8,017 nt of DNA, taken from Octopus sinensis. Lineage: Eukaryota. The translations under genes were made by a program, and so were the position numbers. Below are positions 7,380 to 8,017 of the stretch, piece by piece. The stretch covers positions 1 to 8,017 of the forward strand of contig NW_021828631.1 of the NCBI RefSeq assembly GCF_006345805.1. Direction: 5' to 3'. The stretch's first letter is position 1, and each line of letters starts with the position of its first letter. The notes under the pieces were generated by a model. The model did not search any database, had not been told where the DNA came from, and saw nothing but the letters and a program-made list of their open reading frames with translations.

Positions 7380-7413
7380 TATATATATATATATATACAT
7401 GTATGTATGTATG
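7332..7413. repeat. (AT)n followed by (GTAT)n microsatellite
   Basis: Directly visible. It lies at the truncation point of the Tc1 fragment. Confidence 0.95.
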
Positions 7414-8017
7414 CGTCTTCAAACGTATGGTGACCATTGCAACACAATGCAAATGGGGAGAAATATTTTCAAGTACCAACGATTCTACGAAATTGAGACG
7501 CCATTTTGAAAAGTCAGTCCGTTTTTTCCTCTTTATCTGGAGACAAAAGAGAACAGCTGCAGGTAGTTTGTTTCTGCTACAATTGTAAGAGTCACCCAAT
7601 TATACAGACTTAGAAACCTCCAAAGTTAATAAGAAATAAAAACAAATACGCGAAATGAATTATGAAAACAATAACGGCCGATGGCAATTTGCATAATTTG
7701 AGCAAATACGAGCTAAAAATTATCTCACACTGACGAGTGTCATAGATTTTTACCAACAATGACGTATAATTGTTGTATTAAATAACATGAGATAAATGCA
7801 GGATGTATTTGGAATTATACCACGTAGATGTATTATGATAAACTGTAGGATAGTAAAAATGACAGAAGCGAATCATACGGATATATATCGAACATATGGA
7901 GAGGAAAATTGTAATATTAATGTATATTAACTATTTAATGAGAAAATGTTAACTTGGTTAATTGAGGTTATGTAATAGGTTTCTGCGAATCTGATTGCAG
8001 GATATACAATCTCGAGA

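Noticed and set aside
7253-7599. ORFs 7253..7447, 7282..7509, 7339..7599 and 7403..7588 as the upstream part of the transposase
   Set aside because: They run through the (AT)n tract and lack the expected upstream Tc1 motifs (such as FQxDNAPxH). The transposase homology stops at 7331 and is in a different, stop-interrupted frame.

Overview
This is AT-rich, repeat-dense eukaryotic non-coding DNA (intergenic or intronic) with no credible host protein-coding gene. The SINE families and microsatellite load resemble an Octopus (coleoid cephalopod) genome; this is recognition from memory, not a database result. Contents: (i) two minus-strand copies of a tRNA-derived SINE with an internal microsatellite (family A, 668-1090 and 6267-6657); (ii) five copies of a second tRNA-derived SINE (family B: 3213-3417, 3856-4231, 5359-5780, 5802-5917, 5932-6162), two of them dimers with an identical junction lying in inverted orientation; (iii) the 3' end of a decayed Tc1/mariner transposon (7028-7331) that the ORF track misses; (iv) short relics with degenerate Penelope-type hammerhead-like motifs (2614-2649 and 3050-3085, with a weaker one at 2730-2780); (v) many CTAT, CA/TG and TA microsatellites, which account for most supplied ORFs. 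I see no intact new gene system. The most interesting signals concern retroelement architecture and possible RNA structure.
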